The notes under the pieces were generated by a model. That model was given only the letters and a program-made list of their open reading frames with translations, ran no database searches and was not told the origin of the DNA. DNA of 64,000 nucleotides from Azolla caroliniana (taxonomy: Eukaryota > Plantae > Polypodiophyta), in contig JBHGNT010000013.1 in the NCBI GenBank assembly GCA_043228905.1, positions 558,001 to 622,000 on the forward strand. Direction: 5' to 3'. The position numbers and the translations under genes were made by a program. Below are positions 34,937 to 47,817 of this stretch, piece by piece. How positions within the stretch are numbered: the stretch's first letter is position 1; each line of letters starts with the position of its first letter.

Positions 34937-36323
34937 GTTAATTAATGTCTTCTCCTCCACTGCTACAACAACAACAGGGATTGGGGATTTCTCCAGGGGT
35001 AGATCTCACAGAAAACAAAACCAAAGAGGCGTTCGTTCAGAACAGTCAGAAGAGAGAGGGAGAGGGAGAAAGAGACTTATGGGCTCCCTGACTCTGAGGA
35101 ACAGAGCAATCCCATAAAGAAAGATGTTCTGTGTTCTGTGTGTGTGTGTGTCTTTCACAGTCTATACAAATAGGCCTCACTCTCTGCAAAATTTACAAAA
35201 TTAGCCCCTTGACACATATATTTCACAAAAATTCTACTACAAGACATGAATATGTATGTATGTATGTATATGTATCCCAATTGGAAAGGAAAGGAAAGGA
35301 AAGGAAAGGAAGGGGAGGGATGTGTGTGTGTGTTTGACATTGTTATACCAATGTTGATGTATCACAATATCATTGGGCTGCATAACTGTAGGCCGAGAGA
35401 TTGATTGTGCTCACGAATCATTTGCTCCTCTTGAAAATGTGCGAGTGTGTTATTAGGGAACAAGTTTATCCTGAGAATGTGAGGTTTCTCAAGATGCATC
35501 AATCTGTTGGGCAGGGGGGGGGGGGGGGGGGGGAACTTCATTCAACAAGACAACTATGGCAAGTCCACACTTCGTAGAACTCACGCCATCCGAGCAAGTG
35601 ACGTAGACCAAATCCTCTAAATCAAAGTCCCCCAAGAGGTTTTCAACTAGCCATTTTGTGCGCATCTTGACTATTAACATTTTAATTTTCCTTAGTTGCC
35701 TAAATAAGAGGCGACGATCGAATAACACGCTTCGCTATTCCCATTTTGATGGTATACCATTAAAACATGTAAATCTAACCTCTAAATGTGTGCTCAACAT
35801 TTAAAGAGTTCCTCAACCTCCTTGAAAGGTTTCACTTGTTGAGAATGAATTGCAACAAGGCGGAGATCGAATTAGCCAAGGGCTATAATCAGCTTTAGCA
35901 TTCCAAACTCCTCTTCCAATGGATATGACATGGAAATTTTAATTGGAGTGGGATGAAATCCAAGATGCATTTTATAGGCCATATGAAATTCACAAGGGGA
36001 CTTCGTCCATCATTGTTGCCCAAAAGATTATTACTTACACACGCATGCGCACTGAAACTCACAAGCAGCAATTTAGTATTTCTTTATGCAGCAATATACT
36101 TTCTTTACAGAAATTGGGATGTGCAATGGACTGTAGAGTATATATACAAATATAATGTTGAATTATATACAATATTACTTTTTTTGCGTGAAGAATATAA
36201 TGCGATATGCGATATGCGATCATCCCCAGATATTTTGCCTTTGGGGAAACATCTGGCACAAAGCATTGTGTCAAGGTTTCAAGATGTGTTCTTTCTATAC
36301 AAGATCTGTACACTAAAGAATTT

Positions 36324-38711
36324 TCAACAAAAGTCTGGCCTTTCATAATTAGGTGGCAAGCTAGGGCAATTCTCATTCATGTGAGCATACAGATCGACTG
36401 TACTATAGCCAGGAAATTCCATCAAATAATCACCAAGAAGCTGACAGTAAGGTAGAGGATTGTTATTTCCTGCATTACACCAGCTAGGAAGGCGTGACAA
36501 GTCATCTTCAAAGAATTTCAACATGTATGCATCCCTGATCTGTCAAACACAACGGGAACACATGAGCAAATGTTTTTCCTTTTAGACAAAAACTGGGATG
36601 AATGTCCGTTAAAAATATATTCTCAATTCACACTATTCACAGATAAGAAGAATGTACATAAAACAGGAGATGAATCTTCTCTTCATGAATATAAACATTC
36701 AACTCTAGAATCAAAAAATTACGCATGAGACAAGAATGCTACTACATCAATTTTTTGGCCTGAAAGACATGGACCACTAGAGGGGCTAGAGAGTCATACG
36801 AAGATCTACAATTTGCAGAAATCCACCTTTAGATATCTCGGCTATATTTTGAGTACTGATCTTTTGAGTGAGATTTACCTCAAATTGAGGTGTCCCACCA
36901 GCACTATACGTATGGCCCAAGAAAAGAGCCACATGAAGAATGAAGGTCAATAGACACCTTGTGAAGACAATTATCAGGATCAATGATGATATTCCCTAAA
37001 CAAAAGGTGCTTGTATGTGCTCAAGACAATGCAAAAAAGCTAGTTGTATGGGCTCAGTCCGACTGCAATACATGTGTTATCATTAATCTTTCTGAACGCT
37101 CATAGAGATGGTTATCCCCATACCGTATACAACATATAACATTATGAAAGTAATGTCTCTATGCACATATGTGTCATACATGAGAGATAGATAAGAGACA
37201 AACCGTAAACTCTGTAACTTGTATAGAATCTGAGAAACCATCAAAGAGACCAGCAACTTTGTACATGGCCAGAATGAAGGCGACACAGCTAGTTGATTTT
37301 CCATCACTGTAAACCCATTCATCATTTTCTGGCATTGCTAATAGCTCCTCAAAAGCAATATTGCGCTTGTCACTTTCCACCAGCAAGCTAGGAAGATCCA
37401 AACCCTTATGCAAAGACGAATTCCATCATGAGATTACAAAATATAGTACATTAAAAAGATCAACTATCGAGAAATTAAAACCAACCTCTGTCCCTAATCG
37501 TTTGTTCAAAGCTTCATTCCACATGTTTGCAGCATAGTCAGGCTGTATGCGTGTCCATATAGTCATCACAGACATTACCTGAAATTACCAATCCAGATCA
37601 ATACCACTTCTTCAGTTACACAGTGGAACTTTATGAATTGATGAAAACGAGGAGTAAATACCAAGTGGGCATCTATTGGAGGTGGAAAATTTTCAGTCTC
37701 TGTGTCAATCCAGCTAAAAATCATATTATGGTATCCATATGGTTTTCCATCCATTTTATGTGCATGTTCCCATGCTGCTGTAACATTAAATCTAGCACGC
37801 ACATCAGCCCGCAATGGCAATAGAGCAACATGTGCATGGGCATCATCTTTCACTTGCAATTCCCACCAGTCCTCCCATGGAAGAACAGCAATGATCTCCT
37901 CACCCTTAACAAATATTAGAAGATAGAGATACTATCAATCATAATCGTGCACAAAAGTAATCAATAGATCTATCATAATATTACCATACAGATATTATCA
38001 TAATCATAAGCGAATGCAGTATATATGTACAAATTTAATCGTTAAGGAAACGTTATGCATAGATACTATCACAATAATAATGAGAATCAATAGATAGATA
38101 CTATCACAATCAGAATCAGAATTGATAGATAGATACTATCACAATCATGAGAAGAGATAGATACACGATATAACAATCATAGTGGACAGTAGGAGATATA
38201 TACTATCATAATCAAAAGCACTCATCTGCTCATTTCAACGACGAGAAATAATACATCCATACAAAGAAATCAGAAGGAAACACAATAGATAGATAATTAC
38301 CATAATCATGAGGGTGACACACACTCACCTGCTCATTTTCATGACCAGATTCTGCAACCCACAATTTATTCATGTTATCTCTTAAACAGACTGCTGTATG
38401 ACCGGCAAAAGCACCTGTTACCCACTTCTCTAAGGTCTCAAATCCACCCCAGCGGCCTCTAATCTTAGAGAGAGCCAAGAAATCTCCAGAATGTATATCT
38501 TCAGTAGAGAAATTTGAAATAGATGGCTGGTTTCTCTTCACGAGTTGTGTGCCCATATGCTTCTCCAGAAAAGCAATGTTCGAGCTCTCCCCCCAGCCCG
38601 TGTTTGAAAACAGTGGTAATACATCCCACAGGGCCTCAACCGTTCCCAACATTCCAGCTGGCAGCAAGAACACAGATATTCCATGTTCCTTCACCTGCAT
38701 TTCCCCCATTC

Positions 38712-38786
<75 letters not shown>

Positions 38787-40371
38787 TACACACACACACA
38801 CACATATGAATACGCACATATTGTGTGTTGTGTATATATATATATTATATATGAAACCGAAGTTTCCATCTTCACAGTTGTTCATGATGAGTAAACTTCA
38901 AAGCTCTCAAATATGACATACATACATACATAATCAAGCTCTCCATCCTCCCAACTGTCCAAGTTGAGAATATGCTTTCGGGCTGAGAAGTAGTAATCCC
39001 ACGTTACCCTCTCAAGGGTTACAAACACATACAAATCCATACATGTCCAGCTTTTGGGTTTTCGAGTCTGCAAAATGAAAATCATGAAATGAATAAGAGG
39101 AAACATGAAACCAGATGTACCGACCGATCAAAATATTGTGTAGGCACCAGAGTACTTTTGAGTATGATGCAGTTTATATTGCATATCAATTTCATGAAAA
39201 CCTCTGTGTAGATAATCACCAGGTGCTGTTTACGGGCCTGCTAGAAGGGGGGCAGTCCCACAAGGCAATGTGAATTTGTTACCTCTCCTCAATTTAAGGC
39301 ATCTTTCTCCTTTATAATACAGGTACAATACTACCATAGTTTTTTAGGTACCAAGTAATGCTCGCAAACATTTACCACAATGACAATCACGACATGAATC
39401 AATCTAAGAAGCGGCCCCTGTGAACTTTTCGTCTCGCTTAACACGAACTAGTTTCATTGAATATAAATTTGAGGAAAATCTAGTTTCATGCGAATAAAAA
39501 TACAAATTGTCTCAAGTTCAGTTAAGGGAAAATATTTAGGCACGTTGGTTTTTTTATATAGTTAGTTAGCCAGTAAAAATACCCTACGATACCCATCATT
39601 CCTCAATTCACGAAAAAATAAGAGTTTAGCTCTAGTCATCCACATGATAAAGAAGACGCCCTTGATCAAACCCCCAAGAGTGAGGGAGAGAAAAGAGGAA
39701 TTGACAGTATAATTGCTCTTTCAGGGTTTGATCAAGGGCATTTGGCAAATTAATGAAAAACTGGTGTTGTTGTGGGAAGATGAAAAACTCAGGTGTATTC
39801 AGGCATCCACAGGAAAACAAGAGAGAGATATTCACCTCCACACAAATAAATAAAAGAAAAAGATTTCTCCCCAACATCAGAAGGAAGCTAATTACCTCCG
39901 AAATAACAATAATATAACAAAATAAACGAATTTAAATCTACATGAAATAAATATTACACCCCAAATGAAACAAAATTTACAAGAAAACAGCAGGAGACGC
40001 CAGAAAAGAAGAGCAATTTACATAAACATGAAATAAAAAAGTAGGGAGGATTTCCTCGTATAAATGAATCAACGAAAAAGATAACAATTAGAAACCTTGT
40101 GAATCATAAAAAGAATTCACCTCCAAATGAAGGATGCCTCCATCTTGCGTGAATTCAAGATACGCCTCCGTGTGCTGGAAACAGGATCCTTCCCAAGAGA
40201 CAGAAGAAGAGGCGTTGACGGAAGAGACGAAGATGGGCAGAAGCTCGGCTGGGCTGCTGAACGTATTGAGGATGGGCCATGAGATCTGGTGAGGCAGAGC
40301 AGGAAGCAGATCGGAGGGGCGGAAGAGAATGGAAGCTCCTGAGACAAAAGGACCCACGAGGGATAAGAGAA

Positions 40372-40404
<33 letters not shown>

Positions 40405-40432
40405 TCATCCTCATAGCCATAGCCATAGCCAT
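36324..40432 (-). CDS. Conserved secreted plant protein of unknown function (At1g70160/At4g27020-like family), 7 exons, ~522 aa
   Basis: Exons 40432-40121, 39067-38930, 38694-38329, 37904-37662, 37578-37486, 37404-37204, 36539-36324, all phase 0 and GT-AG. Hydrophobic N-terminus. Motifs HSGDFLALSKIRGRWGGFETLEKW, GHTAVCL, GKPYGYHN, STSCVAF. Family assignment is from recall. Confidence 0.9.
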
Positions 40433-40739
40433 AGCCACATCAACAGCAAACAATACACATATACACAATATATATACTTGCTTTGTTGTTGTTGTTCTTC
40501 TTCTTCTTCTCTGTCTTTCTTTCTTTCTATCTATCTTTCTTTATGTATGTGTTTGTGTGTGTTTGTAGATAAGTATGTGAAAGACATACATTCTCTTTGC
40601 TTCATCAATATGCTTCTTTCCGTGAGCAAAGATTGATAGAACTCGGTACGTATTCTCGGATTGGGCCATGGACACCCAAACATTACTATTATTTCTCATA
40701 TATAACATGAATAGGTTCACATAATATACGTATTTTTAC

Positions 40740-40740
<1 letters not shown>

Positions 40741-40780
<40 letters not shown>

Positions 40781-40905
40781 CAAACAAATAGATAGACAGA
40801 CACACACACAAATAGATAGATAGATAGACAAACAAATAGATAGACTGACACACACACAAATAGATAGATAGATAGATGTATAGACAAATAGATAGATAGA
40901 TAGAT
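40741..40905. repeat. (TAGA)n/(CA)n compound microsatellite
   Basis: Direct reading. Lies upstream of the 40432 gene. Confidence 0.9.
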
Positions 40906-41364
40906 ATGGCAATTGGTAAGTAGTATCAGAATTTGGTATATATTTGGAACGCTCGATGTTTGAAGGTATTCCGAAATGTGATTGAAAGACCTGCCCAAAT
41001 CATTTATGGGATTCGTACAGAGATTGTACATAATCTCAGAGGTTCTTTGGATAGTATAAAAGGTTAATACGCAACACGCGGAGCTCAAACGATTTGAGTT
41101 CCATGACACGTGAGACAGAGGCATATTTTATAGACGGATTTCTGATAAGGTGGAGTGGTTCTACTCTACACCGGAGTATTTATTTTTAACTAATGGTTCG
41201 AATTTAGAAAAGGGGCTCATTACTGAAAGGTACATCTTGTATGTATAGCTTCACGATGGTTCTTAATACTTATGTGGTATCTTTTTCTTTTCTTTTTTGG
41301 ACAAAAAAATAAAGATAAAAGGCCTAAGTTAGATGTTAAGTTTAGACTCTAAACTATTTGCTTT

Positions 41365-42495
41365 TACTAGGATGAGTTTGGTTACAAATGTTATGATCCA
41401 ATGGAACAGAAGCTCATTATGAGTCACTATATGATAATTGTCAAGGATCAAACCATTGAAAATATTGACTAACTAAAAAGATCAGACGCCTCAATAGATG
41501 GCAATCAATTTGATTTCAAACTAATTCCTACACTTGTCAATGCTACCTCAACAAGAGGAAGGACAAAATGATATTAATGAGCTAATTGGCATAGGTTATG
41601 GGGTTGATGCTAATCATGATGGTATTTTACCACTCACAAGCATTGAGCAAGTGGTGCAAACATCATTATGAGAGGCAACTAATCAACAAGCTAGAAGGTC
41701 TACTCAAGAATGAAAACCATCTATGAAGTATCCTATTTCTGATTAGATATTACTTATTAAAGAGGGGAAGTAAGAGAGTCTTTATGTTGTGCAGTGCCAT
41801 AAAGATAAAAATGATTGGATAAAAGTTATGCTTGATGAAATTGCCTCTTTAAGAAAGAATAACACCTTTGAGTTCATTGAGCTTCCTAAGGGAAGAAAAG
41901 CTTTAAACATAAGTGGGTATTCAAACTGAAAACGATGTAATGATAAATTTGTGAAACATAAGGCTCTTTGCCTGTTAAAATAAAGGTATTGATTATGATG
42001 AAATATTCTCACTGAGTTATAAAATTGAGTTCCATTTGAGTCGTTTTAGGTTTAACATCTAGTTTCAACCTTGAGCTCTAAACAACTTGATGTAAAGACC
42101 GTTTTTTTGTGTTATGAATTAAAGGAAGATATCTACTTGGACCAAAAAGAGGGCTTTGAGGAGAACGATAAAGAAAACTTGCTTTGTAAGCTGAAAAAGG
42201 GTCCCTATGCCTTGACAGTAGCACCATGACAATAGTATACAAAGTTTGGTTCCTTCATGGTGAGTCGAAACTATATGAAGACTAATGGAGATTGTTGTGC
42301 ATATATGTTATGCACTTATTGGGAGGTAGCTTTATTATTCTTTCGTTGTATTTGATGATATGCTAATTGTTAGACATTCTGTGTATCATATCCACAAGTT
42401 GAGTGTGGACTTATGTAAGTATTTTGACATGAACGATTTAGGGTACACTATGAATATGTTATATTTGTGAATTAATCATAACAAGGGATGTGGAA
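41365..42495 (+). mobile_element. Highly degenerate copia INT-RT remnant
   Basis: Remnant codons DEFGYK.YDP, ELPKGRKAL..KWVFKLK, QLDVKT, CKLKK, with many stops. Confidence 0.75.
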
Positions 42496-43657
42496 ATGTG
42501 TCGTCTCTAGGTGTCTCACACGAAGGGCATGTCTATATATGTTATACGAGAGGGAAATGTTTCCCCGCTCATTAGAATTGTTGGTCGAGGGGTTTAGGTT
42601 TCTGTATATCCTAAGGGTGATTATGGTCGTCCTTCATTCTCGATTTGGTGGCTTTATTGGGCCCTACCCTCTCAAACTCTCACCTCACCTCACTAAGACT
42701 ATCCTTGATTAAGAAATTAACCTATGCCTCGTGAGGCTGAAGTGTTAAGTGCATATACATGTAGAGGCAATAGATTACTGGTAATGGTGCTAGGAGCCAC
42801 ACCTCGATTAATCAAAGGAGTCACACAACACATACGAAAAGAGGTGTGATTAGGGTTTGGACTTAATCAGCACGTAACCCTAAACACTAAATTGAAGCTT
42901 AAGCTATACAAGGTGATGAGAGAGAGCTCAGTGTGTGTCTTCTCTCTTTGTGGAGCTAGCTCTATCTATCATTCAAGCTTTTTGTAGTGTGAGTGCCATT
43001 GCTGCTTTTTATGTTGGTACACTAGGCCTACATGTGGAGCAACAGAAGGAGACGACGATGATGATGGGGGTGGACATGGGAATAGGGTTGAGGATGGACA
43101 TGGACATGGAGATGAGGTGCAAATGCAACAAGAGAAAAAGAAACCAACCCAACTAAACTTAGACTATGTATGTACACACCCCATATGCACTGAATTGAAC
43201 TTCTCTTTGCATACAAGAAGACATGAATTAGCATGAATACTAACTATAGACATGGAAACCTTGATGGAATGGTAAGGGGGGGTTTTGTGGGTGCCCAAAT
43301 CCAAGACCTAGTCATATGTCATGCACTTGAAAATGGTAGGTCATTAAATCATCGTGGTTTGTTACACATTGGGTTGTTCAACCTCTGTGACTTCGTGGGG
43401 ATGCTCTTGTTGTGGTGGTGGTGTTAGTGGATTGACCTTGACAAGGGATGCCATGTTTGTGTTCACTCATAGGTGGACCTTGGCCATTCATTGTTGGCCT
43501 CATTTTTTCCTAGAGGGTACACAACACATTTTAGGATCCACTTCTCAACTTCATGTTGAGGTTTTTGATGAGGTTCTTTTTCCATTGAGATTTCACTCAT
43601 GAGTTTCGCGTTTTGGCTATGTTGTGTACTTGGGTTTGGTTAGTCCATGTACTTGAT

Positions 43658-44004
43658 TATGCTTTAGATACCAAAAATGGGTGGCCCTCGTGTGCCACCC
43701 TTGAGCTTTTGTTTGTTTTGTTTCCTAAAGTGCTACATAGCCTGAATGGAGTTGTCCTTCCCTTCAACTATAAATTTGTGCACATGAACCTACTTGTTAG
43801 TTTTAGCTGGCTTTCGTGAATAATACTCGTCTATGCTTTAGAAACCAAAATTGGGTGGCCCTCGTGTGCCACCCTTGAGCTTTTGTCAGTTTTGTTTCCT
43901 AATGCGCTACATAGCTTGAATGTAGTCGTCCTTCCCTTCAGCTATAAATCTTCGCACATGAACCTACTTGTTAGTTTTAGTTGGCTTCCATGAATAATAC
44001 TCGT
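43658..44004. repeat. 174-bp tandem duplication (2 copies)
   Basis: TATGCTTTAGA...GGGTGGCCCTCGTGTGCCACCCTTGAGC...AATAATACTCGT starts at 43658 and 43832. Confidence 0.9.
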
Positions 44005-46914
44005 GCATGAATAGAGTATCCAGCCTTTGGCCTTTTGATCATGCAAAAGAAATACCCAAGAGTTCGAGGGAAATAAGGGTTTTCGTGCCCATACCATGTT
44101 GGTGGGAGAGTTCTTCATATAGCTTCCCATTGACCGAGGTTAATGGGGTAGTTAGTACCTGGACTATTTGTGGGCTCATGGGAAGCATCTCTAGTTTCCA
44201 TTGGATTCTGCCCATGTTGCCATTTTAGTTCATAATCTATGAGGATGAGTTGTTGTGGAGTGCTTCTCATGCGAACTTATTTTCGATGACTACTCTTATT
44301 CATGTGGTAATTGCCTCGAATCTCCCACCTTTATCTAGTTGGGAATAATATCATATTTCAATTTCCTTCTCCAAGGTCTTAAGTTTTTCCAAGACATCTA
44401 ATCAACCTTGTTTTAACGTTATCTAGTCTCCTCCTAGGCTTGTTTACCCCTATTTAAATCTAAATCAAGATTTACTTTGTGCATGAACTAGACCCTTGTA
44501 GGTCTTACCCTATCCCCCATGCCCCTCACCTAGATGTGCCAAGTTAGATTTGTTTTAAAATTTAAAAAATCTAACTCCAAGGGCCTTGCCTTGCGACATT
44601 TTAATGGCTATTAATTTGTCTTTTTACTAATTTTCTGTGTTTGTGGTAGTGAAGGATTTAGTGGAGCTTCGAGGTTTGAGGCTTTGGGGGATATCAAACT
44701 TCGAGCTTTCAAGCTTCGAGGTTTGAGCTTTTGAGGCGAGAGGTTCCAAGCTTCAAGCTTTGAGATATTACGTTGATTAAATGTACATAATATGTACTTG
44801 TGCTATTTAATGTTTTTAAGGAAGATGAAAATTCCTTAAATATGGTTGTACCTTCTATGAATTTGGAAATTTCCTAATAGATAATAACGAAATAAAGTAG
44901 AGGGAAAATGGAAAATAGCCAAAATTACCTAAAACTTTTAGAGAGATGAATAAAAATACTCTAATTTAAGAATGCTAATTAAAAATAGAAACAATTGAGG
45001 TGAAATCATCATAAAAAATTAAAGTATACAAAAGAAAAACTATGAACCCGAAAGCTTCATCTAGCAACTAGCATGCTAATCATTAGACAATTATAAGTGG
45101 GTAATTATTATAGCTATTAATCACATGTTACCTTCCCCGACCTTAGTCGGACCCTAGGAAAAATTAACCTTGGGAGAGCTTACGAAAAGCTCAATGATGG
45201 CTTCGAGCATTGGCCTAAAGTTCTTTATAGTGGCGCCAAATAGATGTGTCGTCTCTAGGTGTCTCACACTGAGGGCAATTTGACCCGTTCGGCCTAAAGA
45301 GTTTGGAGCAAATTGTGTGTGTATGTATATATGTATATTATACACATTCACTCTTGGAAGGTGAGGAAGAGGGAAAATGACCAAATTTAGGAGTATTGAG
45401 GGAAACCTCGAGAACACAATTAAGCCTTCTTTGATTCCTCCATTGATGCCTTACTAGCCACCAATTGAACGTCGACACCTTTGGCATGTTGTGTGCAATG
45501 AGCTTTTGGTTCTTATTTTTGCTTCGTTAGATTTTAAGATTAGAGGAAGATTTATTCTTTTATGCAACACTCTCGTGTATCTACAATAAGATGTTACTTT
45601 TTTTATTTGGTTATAGTAAATAGTTTTCTGGACTTGGTCTTGTCATTTTTTATCTCTCTTAGAGGGTTTTCTACTTTAGGATTTTTGGTGTATTGTGCAT
45701 TCCTTTTGTTGGGTTTTTGTAAGAAACAAGACATGTTTATTTTCTTTAGTTACGACATACATGAAGGTAATGTCTATACTACTAGAGATGAAACATCTAT
45801 TTGTGTAGTTATTGGAAAATGACAAAACAATATGGAACCTTGTGCAACAACACTATGTGACAAAAGCTTTGCTTAGATAAACAATAAGTTATGCAATTCA
45901 CGCCAACTAGCAACCAAGAAGTGCCAATAGATGAATGTTTTCACGTAAGTTACGCAATGCTGCATTTAAATGGAGTCTATGCGTTAGATTGGAGTTTATG
46001 ATCAGTGCATGTGAATAGCACGCGCCACGAGTAGTATAATTCATTTCCACAACCCAAGAAATGATTGAAAAATGGCCAAGGTAATGTGAAACACGAGCAT
46101 TAATTTCAAAGTCCTTACCGTCATCTTCTTTTCATAGATTTGTCTTTTTTTACTGTTACAAAACTCTCACACACTTCCATTATTTCCCCGCAACTTTTCA
46201 CTTTTTTGCACCGACCGTTTATATAATTTCGTTCACCTCTGAATTGGACGTGCCCAACTTTGGGATTGAAATAAATGAAACTTCCACGCTTGGAGGGGGT
46301 AGATGGGGATGACATCCAATCAAAACTTCATCGACATATATTCTCGGGGAATGAAGGAGTTCGTGGGAAATACACATCAAAAGGGGGTGGTTAAAAGTTT
46401 GTACACATCATTAATGCGAATAAAGATCATCTCTCATCCCCACGCAAAGCCACTTAAAGATGCTAGATGCATTCTTCCGAGATGTGGAAAGGTTAGTGTA
46501 AAAAACACAAAGCAATCCCACTTCCTCCCACGTATCTATCATGGAGTAGAGGACAACACCCCCCACTTTGTGGAGAGTGCATATTTGCTTCTGTCTCTTC
46601 CCAGAACATGATCGAATATATATTGAGAAATTCCCGAGTTTGTCTCCTATATCTGCGAGGAAAGGAAGGATGAAGCTGTGTGCACAAGGTTTCCCAGGAT
46701 GCTTCCAATCCAATCAGGACCAACGAATCGAACGAAAAAAGATAAAAGAAAAAGAGATGCATAATAACACTTGGATCAATCGATCGATCATGCCCCCCCC
46801 CAATGTTTTGTGAAGGCCAATGGTGGGGCCCTGATGGAGATACGAGGCTTAGCAAGGGTTGGGGAACGGACGGGACATTGAGAATGCAAGCTTAGAGTTT
46901 CAAATACGGTACAT

Positions 46915-47166
46915 CATAGTACGTAATATACTCGAATGCATGGGCAAACATTCTGTTTTTTTCCATACGAATGCAAAACGAATGCGCATGTTATCAAAAC
47001 ATTCTTATGTTTCTTTTGTACACTTTTCACCTTAAATTTTGTTTTTGGGTAAAAATACCTTACAATAAAATAATGAATATACAAAAAGTATGGTATTTAC
47101 CATACTCGAAGGGATTGAATCATTCTCTATGCGAATGCACGTATGGTACGAATGGTTCATACTATG
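46915..47166. mobile_element. Short hAT-like MITE related to 25590-26158
   Basis: Termini CATAGTACG...CATACTATG and similar subterminal motifs (GTATGGTACGAAT). TSD is not preserved. Confidence 0.65.
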
Positions 47167-47817
47167 CTGTAGTAGCCTGTACATACATACCATTAGACAC
47201 ACACACACACACTGTCACACACATACATAGAGACCATTTTTTTTGTCTGAATGACAAAGACAACAAACACTGAAGAGTTTTTTGGAGTAGGAGAGAAACA
47301 GAGTAACTCCTATCCAAACATTAATTAACATTTGCTGCCTCCAAATCTGCTGAAAGGAGAGGAACAGAGTAACAATTAACTACTACACTACACCATTTCT
47401 TTGGAATGAGCAACAATTCTCTCCCTTTTGCTTCTTCTTCTTCTTCATGGCTTTGCTATCCATTGGGAACACCACGCCTGCATTTTGCATCAGCCTCAGC
47501 TCTTAGTGCTTCTGAAGCTCTTGAAAAGTGGTATAAAAAGCAGAGAGAATTGAAAAACCCTAGGCCTACTGGGTTTGAACAAGGAGAGGGTAACTGAAGA
47601 AAAGATAGAAAGGAAAGGGTCTATATAAACAATGTGGGTTTCTACAAGAGAAGTATCTGGATTGTGGTGTATGGAGATGGATAATAGAACAAAAAGGAAA
47701 CTGGAGGAGCTTTACACTCGTCATTTGTGATTTAATATTTCACTAGATATAAGCATTTTGGAGGAAGATTCTGAAATTAGTAGCATTGAGGTTGTTAGCC
47801 AAGAAAAAGGTTTCAAT

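Noticed and set aside
35514-35940. Poly-G run and adjacent possible LINE fragment
   Set aside because: No recognisable domain or TSD. Homopolymer length may be unreliable.
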